Shown in pieces: positions 1 to 9,219 of a stretch of 64,000 nt of DNA (within the stretch, counting starts at the first letter, position 1; each line of letters starts with the position of its first letter). Below the pieces are notes generated by a model. It made no database searches. It saw only the letters and a list, made by a program, of their open reading frames with translations, and was not told the origin of the DNA. The translations under genes and the position numbers were made by a program. Origin of the DNA: an uncultured cyanobacterium (GTDB taxonomy: Bacteria; Cyanobacteriota; Cyanobacteriia; Cyanobacteriales; Cyanobacteriaceae); contig CAVVOP010000020.1 of NCBI GenBank assembly GCA_963749915.1, positions 32,001 to 96,000 on the forward strand. The letters are read 5' to 3'.

Positions 1-2073
1 CACAAACTGAGTTATTTTGTTGAGGTTTAATTCCCCAAAAGCACTGCCTGCGGTAACTCCTTCAACAAGACCAATCAGATCGTCATCTAACGGATTGATG
101 GTTGAGTTTGTGGCATAAATACCCACTCCCATAAATCCTCCGACATCAACATTATTTGCTAACCGATAGTCAGATGCTGACCCTCTGAGCTGAATGCGAT
201 CAACCTGAGTTGCTGGTTCTCCCACAACATCTCTGAGCTCAAAATCAGTAATTCGAGCGTAATCATCATTGCCCGCAGAGTCATAGAGAACTGAGCCAAC
301 CGTGCCAAGTACAAAGATATCTTGATCGGCAAAACTACCGCCGGTCAACACATCGAAGTCTCCACCGCCATTCAAAAAGTCGTTGCCATCGCCACCATAA
401 AGTCTATCATTACCATTACCACCATAAAGGGTATCATTGCCAGCTTGTCCGTAGAGACGATCATTGCCATCGCCACCATAAAGTCTGTCATCGTCATTAC
501 CACCATAAAGTCTGTCATTGCCAGCTTGTCCGTAGAGACGATTATTGCCATTGCCACCATAAAGTCTGTCATTGCCGGCTTCCCCATAAAGCCAGTCGTT
601 GCCATTGTCTCCATAAAGGGTATCATAGCCATTTCCCCCATAAAGAGTATCATAGCCATTCCCTCCATAAAGGTTATCACGGCCATCACCCCCATAAAGA
701 ATATCATCGTTATCACCACCATAAACGGTATCGTTGCCGCTGCTTCCGTAGATGGAGTCGTTGCCATTGTCACCATTGAGGACGTCCCCCACGCTAGATC
801 CGCCGATGTTAGCTGCGGTATAGGCATAAAGGCGATCGTTGCCATTGCCACCGTTGAGGGTGTCGCTGCCGTAGCCCCCCTGGAGGAGGTCGTTGCCGTC
901 ACCACCATTAACCAGATCATTGTCGTTGCCACCATTAGCGGTGTCGTTGCCGCTGCTTCCGTAGATGGAGTCGTTGCCATTGTCGCCATTGAGGACGTCC
1001 CCCACGCTAGATCCGCCGATGTTGGCTGCGGTATAGGCATAAAGGCGATCGTTGCCATTGCCACCGTTGAGGGTGTCGCTGTTGAAGCCCCCCTGGAGGA
1101 GGTCGTTGCCGTCACCACCATTAACCAGATCATTGTCGTTGCCACCATTAGCGGTGTCGTTGCCGCTGCTTCCGTAGATGGAGTCGTTGCCATTGTCGCC
1201 ATTGAGGACGTCCCCCACGCTAGATCCGCCGATGTTAGCTGCGGTATAGGCATAAAGGCGATCGTTGCCATTGCCACCGTTGAGGGTGTCGCTGTTGAAG
1301 CCCCCCTGGAGGAGGTCGTTGCCGTCACCACCATTAACGAGATCATCGCCGTTGCCACCATTAGCGGTGTCGTTGCCGCTGCTTCCGTAGATGGAGTCGT
1401 TGCCATTGTCGCCATTGAGGACGTCCCCCACGCTAGATCCGCCGATGTTAGCTGCGGTATAGGCATAAAGGCGATCGTTGCCATTGCCACCGTTGAGGGT
1501 GTCGCTGCCGTAGCCCCCCTGGAGGAGGTCGTTGCCGTCACCACCATTAACCAGATCATCGTCGTTGCCACCATTAGCGGTGTCATTGCCGCTGCTTCCG
1601 TAGATGGAGTCGTTGCCATTGTCGCCATTGAGGACGTCCCCCACGCTAGATCCGCCGATGTTAGCTGCGGTATAGGCATAAAGGCGATCGTTGCCATTGC
1701 CACCGTTGAGGGTGTCGCTGCCGTAGCCCCCCTGGAGGAGGTCGTTGCCGTCACCACCATTAACCAGATCATTGTCGTTGCCACCATTAGCGGTGTCATT
1801 GCCGCTGCTTCCGTAGATGGAGTCGTTGCCGCTACCACCGTAGAGACGATCATTGCCGGCCTCCCCATAAAGCCAGTCGTTGCCGGCTTCCCCATAAAGC
1901 CAGTCGTTGCCATCTTTTCCATAGAGACTATCATTCCCGTCACCACCAGTAAGAGTATCTGCATTACCTGTACCGGCTAAAGATAGATTTGCCTCTGGGC
2001 TGGCGTTTAAAGGTAAAGGGGCTTTCAGTAACAATATTTCAGCTTGAAGGATCCCAGGGTTTAGTTTAGTCAT
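1..2073 (-). CDS. RTX/hemolysin-type calcium-binding repeat protein, 3' end runs off the window
   Basis: Manual translation from ATG 2073 (GGAGA RBS upstream): MTKLNPGILQAEILLLKAPLPLNASPEANLSLAGTGNADTLTGGDGNDSLYGKDGNDWLYGEAGND..., with many GGxGxD nonapeptides. The frame is still open at base 1 (...GVTAGSAFGELNLNKITQFV). Absent from the ORF track. Confidence 0.92.
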   Translation of the reverse strand, partial: MTKLNPGILQAEILLLKAPLPLNASPEANLSLAGTGNADTLTGGDGNDSLYGKDGNDWLYGEAGNDWLYGEAGNDRLYGGSGNDSIYGSSGNDTANGGNDNDLVNGGDGNDLLQGGYGSDTLNGGNGNDRLYAYTAANIGGSSVGDVLNGDNGNDSIYGSSGNDTANGGNDDDLVNGGDGNDLLQGGYGSDTLNGGNGNDRLYAYTAANIGGSSVGDVLNGDNGNDSIYGSSGNDTANGGNGDDLVNGGDGNDLLQGGFNSDTLNGGNGNDRLYAYTAANIGGSSVGDVLNGDNGNDSIYGSSGNDTANGGNDNDLVNGGDGNDLLQGGFNSDTLNGGNGNDRLYAYTAANIGGSSVGDVLNGDNGNDSIYGSSGNDTANGGNDNDLVNGGDGNDLLQGGYGSDTLNGGNGNDRLYAYTAANIGGSSVGDVLNGDNGNDSIYGSSGNDTVYGGDNDDILYGGDGRDNLYGGNGYDTLYGGNGYDTLYGDNGNDWLYGEAGNDRLYGGNGNNRLYGQAGNDRLYGGNDDDRLYGGDGNDRLYGQAGNDTLYGGNGNDRLYGGDGNDFLNGGGDFDVLTGGSFADQDIFVLGTVGSVLYDSAGNDDYARITDFELRDVVGEPATQVDRIQLRGSASDYRLANNVDVGGFMGVGIYATNSTINPLDDDLIGLVEGVTAGSAFGELNLNKITQFV
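733..1830. repeat. Tandem repeat, about 5 copies of a 213-bp (71 aa) unit inside the RTX gene
   Basis: GACGTCCCCCACGCTAGATCC recurs at 781, 994, 1207, 1420 and 1633, an exact 213-bp period. Confidence 0.95.
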
Positions 2074-2285
2074 AAAATTCTGTCTCCATGATTTATTTAC
2101 TAAAGGATGAATCAGCTAAAATTAGCTTATGCACTTAAGTGTTTATTCTTAAAAGTATAGAGAGTTTTTTTAAAAAAAAGTAAGTTTATTTGTTCTCTTT
2201 ACATAATCTTTACAAATATTAAAACTTTATATGATCTTTATATGAAGAGCTTTACAAAAAAATATGACTGGATTTTTTTAGATTG

Positions 2286-2331
2286 TATTTACTTAGTTAA
2301 ATATATTTAAATATATTTAACTAAGTAAATA
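2286..2331. repeat. Perfect 46-bp AT-rich palindrome
   Basis: TATTTACTTAGTTAAATATATTT is followed directly by its reverse complement AAATATATTTAACTAAGTAAATA. Confidence 0.95.
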
Positions 2332-2604
2332 TTTAACTAAATAAATTTACGCAAAAATGGAATTAAGGATTTTTCTATCTCACATTACTTCATATTGAAT
2401 TATGCAAAGAAAGTAGGACAAAACGGGGCGAAGGCAGTCCGGATGAAAAAATTTCACCATCAGAGATGAAAGTGGTGACTTTCAAGTCAGGAGACAGGGG
2501 CAAAAGGGAAAATTTTGCCCTGTAAATAAAGGTTAGAAACCTATCAGGGTAGGGATTTCAGCCTTTAATCCTAAATAATTGTGTTTGTTAAGATGTTTTA
2601 TTAA

Positions 2605-3546
2605 CTACAAAGAATATACATCTAGAAAAAAACAATCCCAAACTAGGCGAGGTTGTACATAACGAAGTAAAAATTTTTTAACCTTTTCCAATCCCTCTAT
2701 TAATTTTATTTTTCGGTATTTATCCCAATATAAATACTGCAAATAATCTGCTAACCAAATTTGATTTTCTAGTTCTAAATCCTGAGTAATTTCTTTAGAT
2801 AAAATTAAACTATCCACGGCATTGTCAGGTAATGTAGCTAATTTTGAGAGCAAATCTGAGGAAATTTCTCTTAACTTTTGCCAATCAGCGATCGCTTTTC
2901 CCGGACATCCTTGAGATAATTGAATTAACTGAGGATAATCTAAAACTTGTGCCGCATCTTGTCGATATAAAACTAATCGTAAATGTTCTTCACTGAGTCG
3001 AGAAAAAGGGATAATTTGACACCGAGAAACTAAAGTTGATAAAATCGAATCGATATTAGGTGCAATTAAAATAATAGTAGCTTGTCCAGGTTCTTCTAAG
3101 GTTTTCAATAAAGCATTTCCTGCCGGTTCTGCCATTAATTCTGCCGATTCAATCACCACGATGGAGCGATCGCATTTTAACGGTGGACGGGCTAAAAATT
3201 GACTAATTTCCCTAATTTGTTCGATTCTAATTTGCGGGGCTGTTTTCCGTTTTAAGCCTTTTTCCATTGCTTCTTTAGCAGTTAATAATGTTCCTTTATT
3301 ATTGTAAGTTGGTTCTATCCATAAAAAATCAGGATTATTCCCTGCATATAATTTTTTACAAGCTGAGGCGTAATTTTCTGTGGGAGAAATTATTAACATT
3401 TCCGTAAAACACTTGGCCGCCAATGCTTTGCCAATGCCATCCGCCCCGACAAATAAATAAGCAGGTGCAATACGATTTTTGGCGACCGCCAGTTCTAATA
3501 ATTCAATAGCGAGAGGTTGTCCAATTAACTTAGCCAGTGGCTTCAT
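2605..3546 (-). CDS. holB: DNA polymerase III subunit delta'
   Basis: AYLFVGADGIGK P-loop, NALLKTLEEP and SRC motifs. Confidence 0.92.
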   Translation of the reverse strand: MKPLAKLIGQPLAIELLELAVAKNRIAPAYLFVGADGIGKALAAKCFTEMLIISPTENYASACKKLYAGNNPDFLWIEPTYNNKGTLLTAKEAMEKGLKRKTAPQIRIEQIREISQFLARPPLKCDRSIVVIESAELMAEPAGNALLKTLEEPGQATIILIAPNIDSILSTLVSRCQIIPFSRLSEEHLRLVLYRQDAAQVLDYPQLIQLSQGCPGKAIADWQKLREISSDLLSKLATLPDNAVDSLILSKEITQDLELENQIWLADYLQYLYWDKYRKIKLIEGLEKVKKFLLRYVQPRLVWDCFFLDVYSL

Positions 3547-3622
3547 AGCAATGAAGAATTAAGATTTTAAATTTAGAAGTATAAAGTATAAAATAAAAAG
3601 AATAGTAAAAGGCACTGAAAAT

Positions 3623-4192
3623 ATGGACGATAACCAGTATTTGACGACTAACCCACAAGAAGAATCATCCCTTGTAGAAAGAGTCGCCCAATTAGAAAAA
3701 CGATTGGATGAAGCATTAATGATCATCGCTGATATTTATCGTTATGGAAGACTCAGAGATTTACTCGCCGCCGGCAAATGGAAAGAAGCAGATTTAGAAA
3801 CCACTAAAGTAATGATTAACATAACGGGTAAAGCCGAATTAGATGAAATAACTCCTGAGGACATTCAAAAATTCCCCTGTAATGACATTATGGTAATTGA
3901 CCAGCTTTGGAGAAAATATAGTAATAACCATTTTGGATTTAGTCTCCAATTGAGCATTTATCAAAGTGTTGGTGGTAGTATGGATACCATTAGGGCCCAA
4001 AAAATCGAATTTTTACAACGTACTAGCGAAAAGATAGGTTGGCGTAAAGATGGCAAAAGAGTTGAACCTGATGACTTCGATTTTTCCCTTGAGGCATCTG
4101 AAGGTGCGCTTCCGGGAAATTGGTGGATGTCTCCCTATGGGGCAAAAATGGCTAATTTTTTTCTTGGTCGTTTATTGACTTGTGAAATTTAA
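3623..4192 (+). CDS. GUN4 domain-containing protein
   Basis: LRDLLAAGKWKEADLET and IDQLWRKYSNNHFGFSLQ GUN4 core motifs. Confidence 0.88.
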   Translation: MDDNQYLTTNPQEESSLVERVAQLEKRLDEALMIIADIYRYGRLRDLLAAGKWKEADLETTKVMINITGKAELDEITPEDIQKFPCNDIMVIDQLWRKYSNNHFGFSLQLSIYQSVGGSMDTIRAQKIEFLQRTSEKIGWRKDGKRVEPDDFDFSLEASEGALPGNWWMSPYGAKMANFFLGRLLTCEI

Positions 4193-4213
4193 TTAACTTA
4201 GGTTTTGGCTAAG

Positions 4214-6118
4214 TTAAATAGATGCCTTTGTTAAACCAGAAATCGGTATTTCCTCCACTTCCGGCAACTTATCCAAACTAAAACGAGAAGATTGAAAATT
4301 GCCAGATAAACGCTTAAGCAATTCAGGACGAGAATCATGTAATAAATAAATAACTTCATCCCCTATTTTCCATTCTTCCCCTGCCGCCAATATTTGCAAT
4401 TTACCCTCTCTTTGCACCAATAAAGGTAATAATTCCCCAGTGTTAATCATCGTTTGTAGGTGAATTTGTTGTAAATCGATGGCATTGGGTTTAATAGTCG
4501 TTTTACCTAACTTAAAATGCCCATCTGTTAGATATTGATTCCATGTTTTAATGGAAAATTGGGACATAAAAGCTTGATTTATTTTTTGTTTATTGGTTTT
4601 GATATTATTGTCATCATTATGGGGAAAAACCGCTAAAACTTTTGGCAGTGCAAATTCTTCTGATGCCCGCTGTGCAATCATTAAGTTAACATTGCCGTTA
4701 TTAGTAAGAGTTATTAAAGTGCCAAAAGATTCGATTTGAGCTTCCTCTAAGACTTGGTGATCTAATGCACTACTTTCAACGACTGGCAAGTTATCTTTTT
4801 TTGCTTTTTCACAAGCGTCTTTATCGGTATCAATTAAAACAACGGATTCTCCTGCGGCTATAAATAAACTGGCAATTAAACGCCCTAAAGGATTACAGCC
4901 AACAATCATTGCCCCCGTAGTCTGGGCAGAGGTTATCTTGAGCAAATTCGCTACCGCACCGGCACTTAAACCTTGGATAAATACTGTCATCATAATAGTT
5001 AAAAACACTAATCCCTTAATAGAATCGCCGCCATTAATACCATTTTGAGTGAGTAAAATAGAGAATAAAGAAGCTACAGAAGCTGAAACTATGCCACGAG
5101 GTGCAATCCACGATAAAAAACATTTTTGTCGCCAATTCATCCCATTTCCCCAAGTGCAGATTAAAATATTCAAGGGGCGAACTATCAACATTAAAACCAC
5201 AACAGTCAACACGCTACCCCAACCAAGGGCGTAAATACTGGCAATGGATAAATCTGCCGCTAAGAGAATAAACAAAACCGAGACCCCTAATACCGTTAAT
5301 TGTCCTTTGAAACGTAATAATAATCTTTCTTCAGGAATACTAAATGCTCTTAAGACAATACCAGCCATAACTGTAGCCATTAACCCTGACTCACTGATAA
5401 TGGTTTGTGCTAGTCCAAATGTACCCCAAACCCCGGCCAATACCACCAAATTTTTTAAGTCCTCAGCAACAAAATGGGCTTTTTTTTGAAATGTGCCTAG
5501 TAACCAACCACTGAGACCGCCAATAATAGCACCAACACCTAAACGAAATAATAAGCCAGAAATAATTTCCCAGGAATAAGCAGATTTATTGAGAATGGTA
5601 TCTAACACCACCACTGCTAAAATTGCCCCCACAGGATCAATTAAAACCCCTTCCCCTTCAAGTAAAGTTGCCACTCTCCTATCTACCGCTACCTGTTTTA
5701 ATAATGGTCCTACTACTGTTGGTCCTGTTACTACCACCAAAGATGCGTATAAAAAAGCAATTTGCCAGGGAAATTCTCCCAACCAATGTGCCGCCATCCC
5801 ACCCCCTAAAAAGGTGATCAAAGTGCCGATGGTAACTAAATTGCGAATACTTCCTGACACTTGTCCCAATTTTTTTAATTCCAGATTTAATCCTCCTTCA
5901 AAAAGGATAATTGCCACCGCTAATGCCACTAAAACTTCTAATCCTGATCCCAACAATTCTGGATGTAATATCTCGAATCCGTCTCTACCTAAGGCAATCC
6001 CAAAAATGAGCAAAAAAACAATACTGGGTATTTTTAAATATTCTCCTAATACTTGAGCGCTAATTCCCGCAACAACGGTTATGACAATCTGTATGGTAAG
6101 CGCAAATGATCCATCCAT
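4214..6118 (-). CDS. Cation/H+ antiporter (CPA1/NhaP type) with C-terminal TrkA-N domain
   Basis: Many TM helices, LLEGEGVLIDPVG and APRGIVSAS motifs, Rossmann-like C-terminal domain. Confidence 0.88.
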   Translation of the reverse strand: MDGSFALTIQIVITVVAGISAQVLGEYLKIPSIVFLLIFGIALGRDGFEILHPELLGSGLEVLVALAVAIILFEGGLNLELKKLGQVSGSIRNLVTIGTLITFLGGGMAAHWLGEFPWQIAFLYASLVVVTGPTVVGPLLKQVAVDRRVATLLEGEGVLIDPVGAILAVVVLDTILNKSAYSWEIISGLLFRLGVGAIIGGLSGWLLGTFQKKAHFVAEDLKNLVVLAGVWGTFGLAQTIISESGLMATVMAGIVLRAFSIPEERLLLRFKGQLTVLGVSVLFILLAADLSIASIYALGWGSVLTVVVLMLIVRPLNILICTWGNGMNWRQKCFLSWIAPRGIVSASVASLFSILLTQNGINGGDSIKGLVFLTIMMTVFIQGLSAGAVANLLKITSAQTTGAMIVGCNPLGRLIASLFIAAGESVVLIDTDKDACEKAKKDNLPVVESSALDHQVLEEAQIESFGTLITLTNNGNVNLMIAQRASEEFALPKVLAVFPHNDDNNIKTNKQKINQAFMSQFSIKTWNQYLTDGHFKLGKTTIKPNAIDLQQIHLQTMINTGELLPLLVQREGKLQILAAGEEWKIGDEVIYLLHDSRPELLKRLSGNFQSSRFSLDKLPEVEEIPISGLTKASI

Positions 6119-6373
6119 GATGATTTTGAATTTAGGTTAGAGTTGTATTGGCTATAATAACAGTCTGTTTTGAACGTAACTATGGCTGAGCAAATAAAAA
6201 CATCTATATATTAACCTATTTACTTATAGTAGTTTACTTATAGTAGTTAGTTATCGGTAATCAACAATCCACTTTTTTCTATCCCTTTTATTGTCCTGAC
6301 TTGATATTTAATCTGTGGTTTATGGCAGCAAAAAGTGCTGTAATAGACAATTATTAATGATCATTTTTATATT

Positions 6374-8059
6374 ATGAATCGTCATCTTTTTACATCTAAA
6401 ATTCCACGATATGGGATTAAATCTCAAGAGTATTGGTTAGAATTTTTCTATTTTTTCGGTCTTTTTTGTGTCGCGATAACTTTATATTCTTTCCATTTAG
6501 GTGATTTACCTTTGAGGGATTGGGATGAAGGTACTTTTGCACAGGTAGCCAAGGAAATTTATCAATCTTCTTTTCAAGATTCACACTGGCTTTTCCCCAC
6601 TATTTGGAATGAGCCTTATTTGAATAAACCTCCTTTAATTCATACTTTGACGGCTTTAGTTTATAGTTTTGCCGGAGTCAATGAGTTTACAACTCGTATT
6701 GTGGGTGCTTCATTAACGGCTTTATCTGTGCCTTTACTCTATTCTTTGGCGAAGGAATTATTTTTACCACGCAATTATGCCTTATTTTCGGCTTTAGTTT
6801 ATCTTACGACTATGCCTGTAGTTCGCCATGGAAGATTAGCTATGCTTGATGGTGCGGTGTTATGTTTTCAAATTTTAATGATGTTATCTATTTTAAGGGC
6901 TAGACGGGATTTGCGTTGGGGGTTACTAGCAGGAATTAGTTTTGCTTTAATTTGCCTTAGTAAAGGTTGGATGATGGGTCTTTTATTAGCTGCTATCGCA
7001 TTTTTATTCCTTTGTTGGGATACTCCCCGATTAATCTCATCTGTTTATTTATGGTCGGGATTACTTTTAGGCGTAACCCCCGTCATTGCATGGCAAGTGG
7101 CACAATATCAATATTACGGCGGAAATTTTGTCAATACTTCTATTAAAGATCAATCCTTAGATCGTATTTTTACCTCCGTGGAAGGAAATCAAGGACCTAT
7201 TTGGTATTATTTACTAGAATTGTTAAAATACCCCCACCCTTGGCTTTTTGTTGCTGTCTGTGGACTAGCGATGGCATGGAAAAATCGCAATTGGAGTTGG
7301 GCAAAATTCATTTTGGTGTGGAGTAGTGCTTATTTAATAGCCGTGTCGATAATGGGGACAAAATTACCTTGGTATATCATGCCCATATATCCAGCTTTAT
7401 CCATATCCGCAGGAGTGGCATTAGTGCAAATAGAATCTTTACCCTCATTCCAATCTTATCCTCGTATATGGAAAGGATTTTTTGGTTTCCTTAGCATCGC
7501 CGTTACAAGCGGATTTTTCTATTTTCTTCTCACTCAACCATATAATCAAAATCTGTTAACCGTTTTCGGGTTATTGTCAATCACATTTTCGGCAACGACA
7601 ATTCTTTTACTCAAAAAAGATCAACAATTTATTCCTGTATTATTTTGGGGGATGTATGTTTCCTTAATGGTATTTTTCAGTTCTGATTATTGGTTATGGG
7701 AATTAAACGAAGCATATCCTGTAAAACCAGTTGCCGCTGTGGTCAAAGAAGAAGTAAGGCCCAAAGAAACTGTTTATATTTCTTTTGATTATGAGCGCCC
7801 TTCTCTGAATTTTTATAGTGAACACCGAGTTATACCTGCTAACCTGGAAGAGATGCAAAACTTGATCAAATTTCCCTCCTCTTTACTAGTAAATACTGAA
7901 ACTTTATTAGAACTTGATTTAATTGTCAACGGTGATAATTACTGCTATGTTATGCAAGATATAGATCAAAAGTACGCCAAAATACAACCCCAGAAAAATT
8001 GTTTCCAAAAGACAATAATACCCGAATCCCAATTTATTTTATTAACACCAATTAAATGA
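6374..8059 (+). CDS. Glycosyltransferase family 39 (ArnT/PMT-like)
   Basis: DWDEG, NKPPL, RLAMLD and TKLPWY motifs in a polytopic membrane protein. Confidence 0.88.
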   Translation: MNRHLFTSKIPRYGIKSQEYWLEFFYFFGLFCVAITLYSFHLGDLPLRDWDEGTFAQVAKEIYQSSFQDSHWLFPTIWNEPYLNKPPLIHTLTALVYSFAGVNEFTTRIVGASLTALSVPLLYSLAKELFLPRNYALFSALVYLTTMPVVRHGRLAMLDGAVLCFQILMMLSILRARRDLRWGLLAGISFALICLSKGWMMGLLLAAIAFLFLCWDTPRLISSVYLWSGLLLGVTPVIAWQVAQYQYYGGNFVNTSIKDQSLDRIFTSVEGNQGPIWYYLLELLKYPHPWLFVAVCGLAMAWKNRNWSWAKFILVWSSAYLIAVSIMGTKLPWYIMPIYPALSISAGVALVQIESLPSFQSYPRIWKGFFGFLSIAVTSGFFYFLLTQPYNQNLLTVFGLLSITFSATTILLLKKDQQFIPVLFWGMYVSLMVFFSSDYWLWELNEAYPVKPVAAVVKEEVRPKETVYISFDYERPSLNFYSEHRVIPANLEEMQNLIKFPSSLLVNTETLLELDLIVNGDNYCYVMQDIDQKYAKIQPQKNCFQKTIIPESQFILLTPIK

Positions 8060-8478
8060 ACTGCCATAATTTATATAAACACTTAGAAAAATTGTCTCCT
8101 CGAAATTTTGCGATTAGTTTATTATGGTTTATATTTTGGATGATAATCTATGCCATTAGTGCACTTATCCAGCCAGAATTAGTATTTATTCCCATGTTGT
8201 TTAACTTGCCCTTAGCTAGTTTTTTTTGTACTGGGATAATTTTAGAAACTTTAATTATTTTTTATTTTAACTATGATCAATTCTATGACACCATAGGAAA
8301 ATTGATAGTTTTATTATTGACTTTTTCTATTAACTATCTTTATCGTCAAGTAATTTTTCGTGAACAAAAATCTATCAAACCGAAAATAAAATCAAGAATT
8401 AAAGAATTTTTTATTTGGATCATTCCCTGGTTAATAATTGTATCGATTTTAGGACAAATTTCTTCCTTAATCCAGTAG
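8056..8478 (+). CDS. Hypothetical membrane protein
   Basis: 140 aa, hydrophobic, overlaps the GT39 stop by 4 nt. Confidence 0.55.
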   Translation: MNCHNLYKHLEKLSPRNFAISLLWFIFWMIIYAISALIQPELVFIPMLFNLPLASFFCTGIILETLIIFYFNYDQFYDTIGKLIVLLLTFSINYLYRQVIFREQKSIKPKIKSRIKEFFIWIIPWLIIVSILGQISSLIQ

Positions 8479-8665
8479 GAGTTGCCCAAAAAGAGTTTTT
8501 TGATAAAACTTCTATTGATCGGTATAACTTGTTCACAGTTACAGGTTCGCAGTTATGATATAGTTTTAGAAAACCTTTGCCTGTTACCACCTGTTGTCTC
8601 TCATGAAGGAAGTTGACATTTCCAGGAATCGTTGAATAACATGGGCAATTATCACTCAAATATTT

Positions 8666-9061
8666 ATGATCATGAAATATTCACAAATTAAAAGTAATCA
8701 GATTTTCAAATTGTGTTTGTTGTCCACCCCTGTAGTATTAGCCTCTTTTGTGTTTAATGTTTGGCAACCCCAACGAGTTGAAGCCTCGGAAAGTCAAGGG
8801 ATTAATATCACTATTATTAACCCTAACCAGGGTGAAATAAATGATGATTACAACTTAGAAACAAATGAATATGGTGATTCAGTGCTCAATTTTACCGATG
8901 AAGAAAGTGACTCTGCCATAAAAATGTTTGGCTGTGATTGTCCTTCTTCTATTAATAAATTGAAAAAAATACGAGGTCTGACAAAAGGAGTTTATGGAGA
9001 ATTATTAAACGATCAAACTATGATGGCTACTTGTCCCCATCAACAGTATATAGGAGTTTAA
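8666..9061 (+). CDS. Hypothetical exported protein with FGCDCP motif
   Basis: Signal-peptide-like N-terminus and FTDEESDSAIKMFGCDCP motif. Confidence 0.65.
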   Translation: MIMKYSQIKSNQIFKLCLLSTPVVLASFVFNVWQPQRVEASESQGINITIINPNQGEINDDYNLETNEYGDSVLNFTDEESDSAIKMFGCDCPSSINKLKKIRGLTKGVYGELLNDQTMMATCPHQQYIGV

Positions 9062-9219
9062 AATCATTTTCCCTGACGATAACACTTTTTTATCACCCCC
9101 TAAATATGCTAGAGTGGTCATGGTGAGAATTTCTGAACATTATGCAATATCAGCATTACGGCAACCTGAAGATCAGGCGAAAATTAGAGGGATCTTGTTA
9201 TATTTATTAGGGGAAAATT

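Noticed and set aside
733..1830. Possible CRISPR array
   Set aside because: The units are contiguous, near-identical 213-bp coding repeats with no unique spacers, and there are no cas genes.
322..1980. Long ORFs 322..1980 (+) and 372..1964 (-)
   Set aside because: These are shadow frames of the GGxGND-repeat RTX gene, which lies in another minus-strand frame. Their low-complexity V/A/I/T or M/A/T products are artefacts.
5049..6056. Small antisense ORFs here and inside other genes (e.g. 14203, 49071, 59376)
   Set aside because: They lie wholly antisense to or overlap well-supported genes and contain no motifs.
6219..6248. 14-bp tandem duplication TTTACTTATAGTAG
   Set aside because: Probably a simple slippage duplication with no further support.
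9120..9200. Riboswitch in the putA leader
   Set aside because: Only a short CCTGA-AGA-TCAGG hairpin is present, with no recognisable aptamer consensus.
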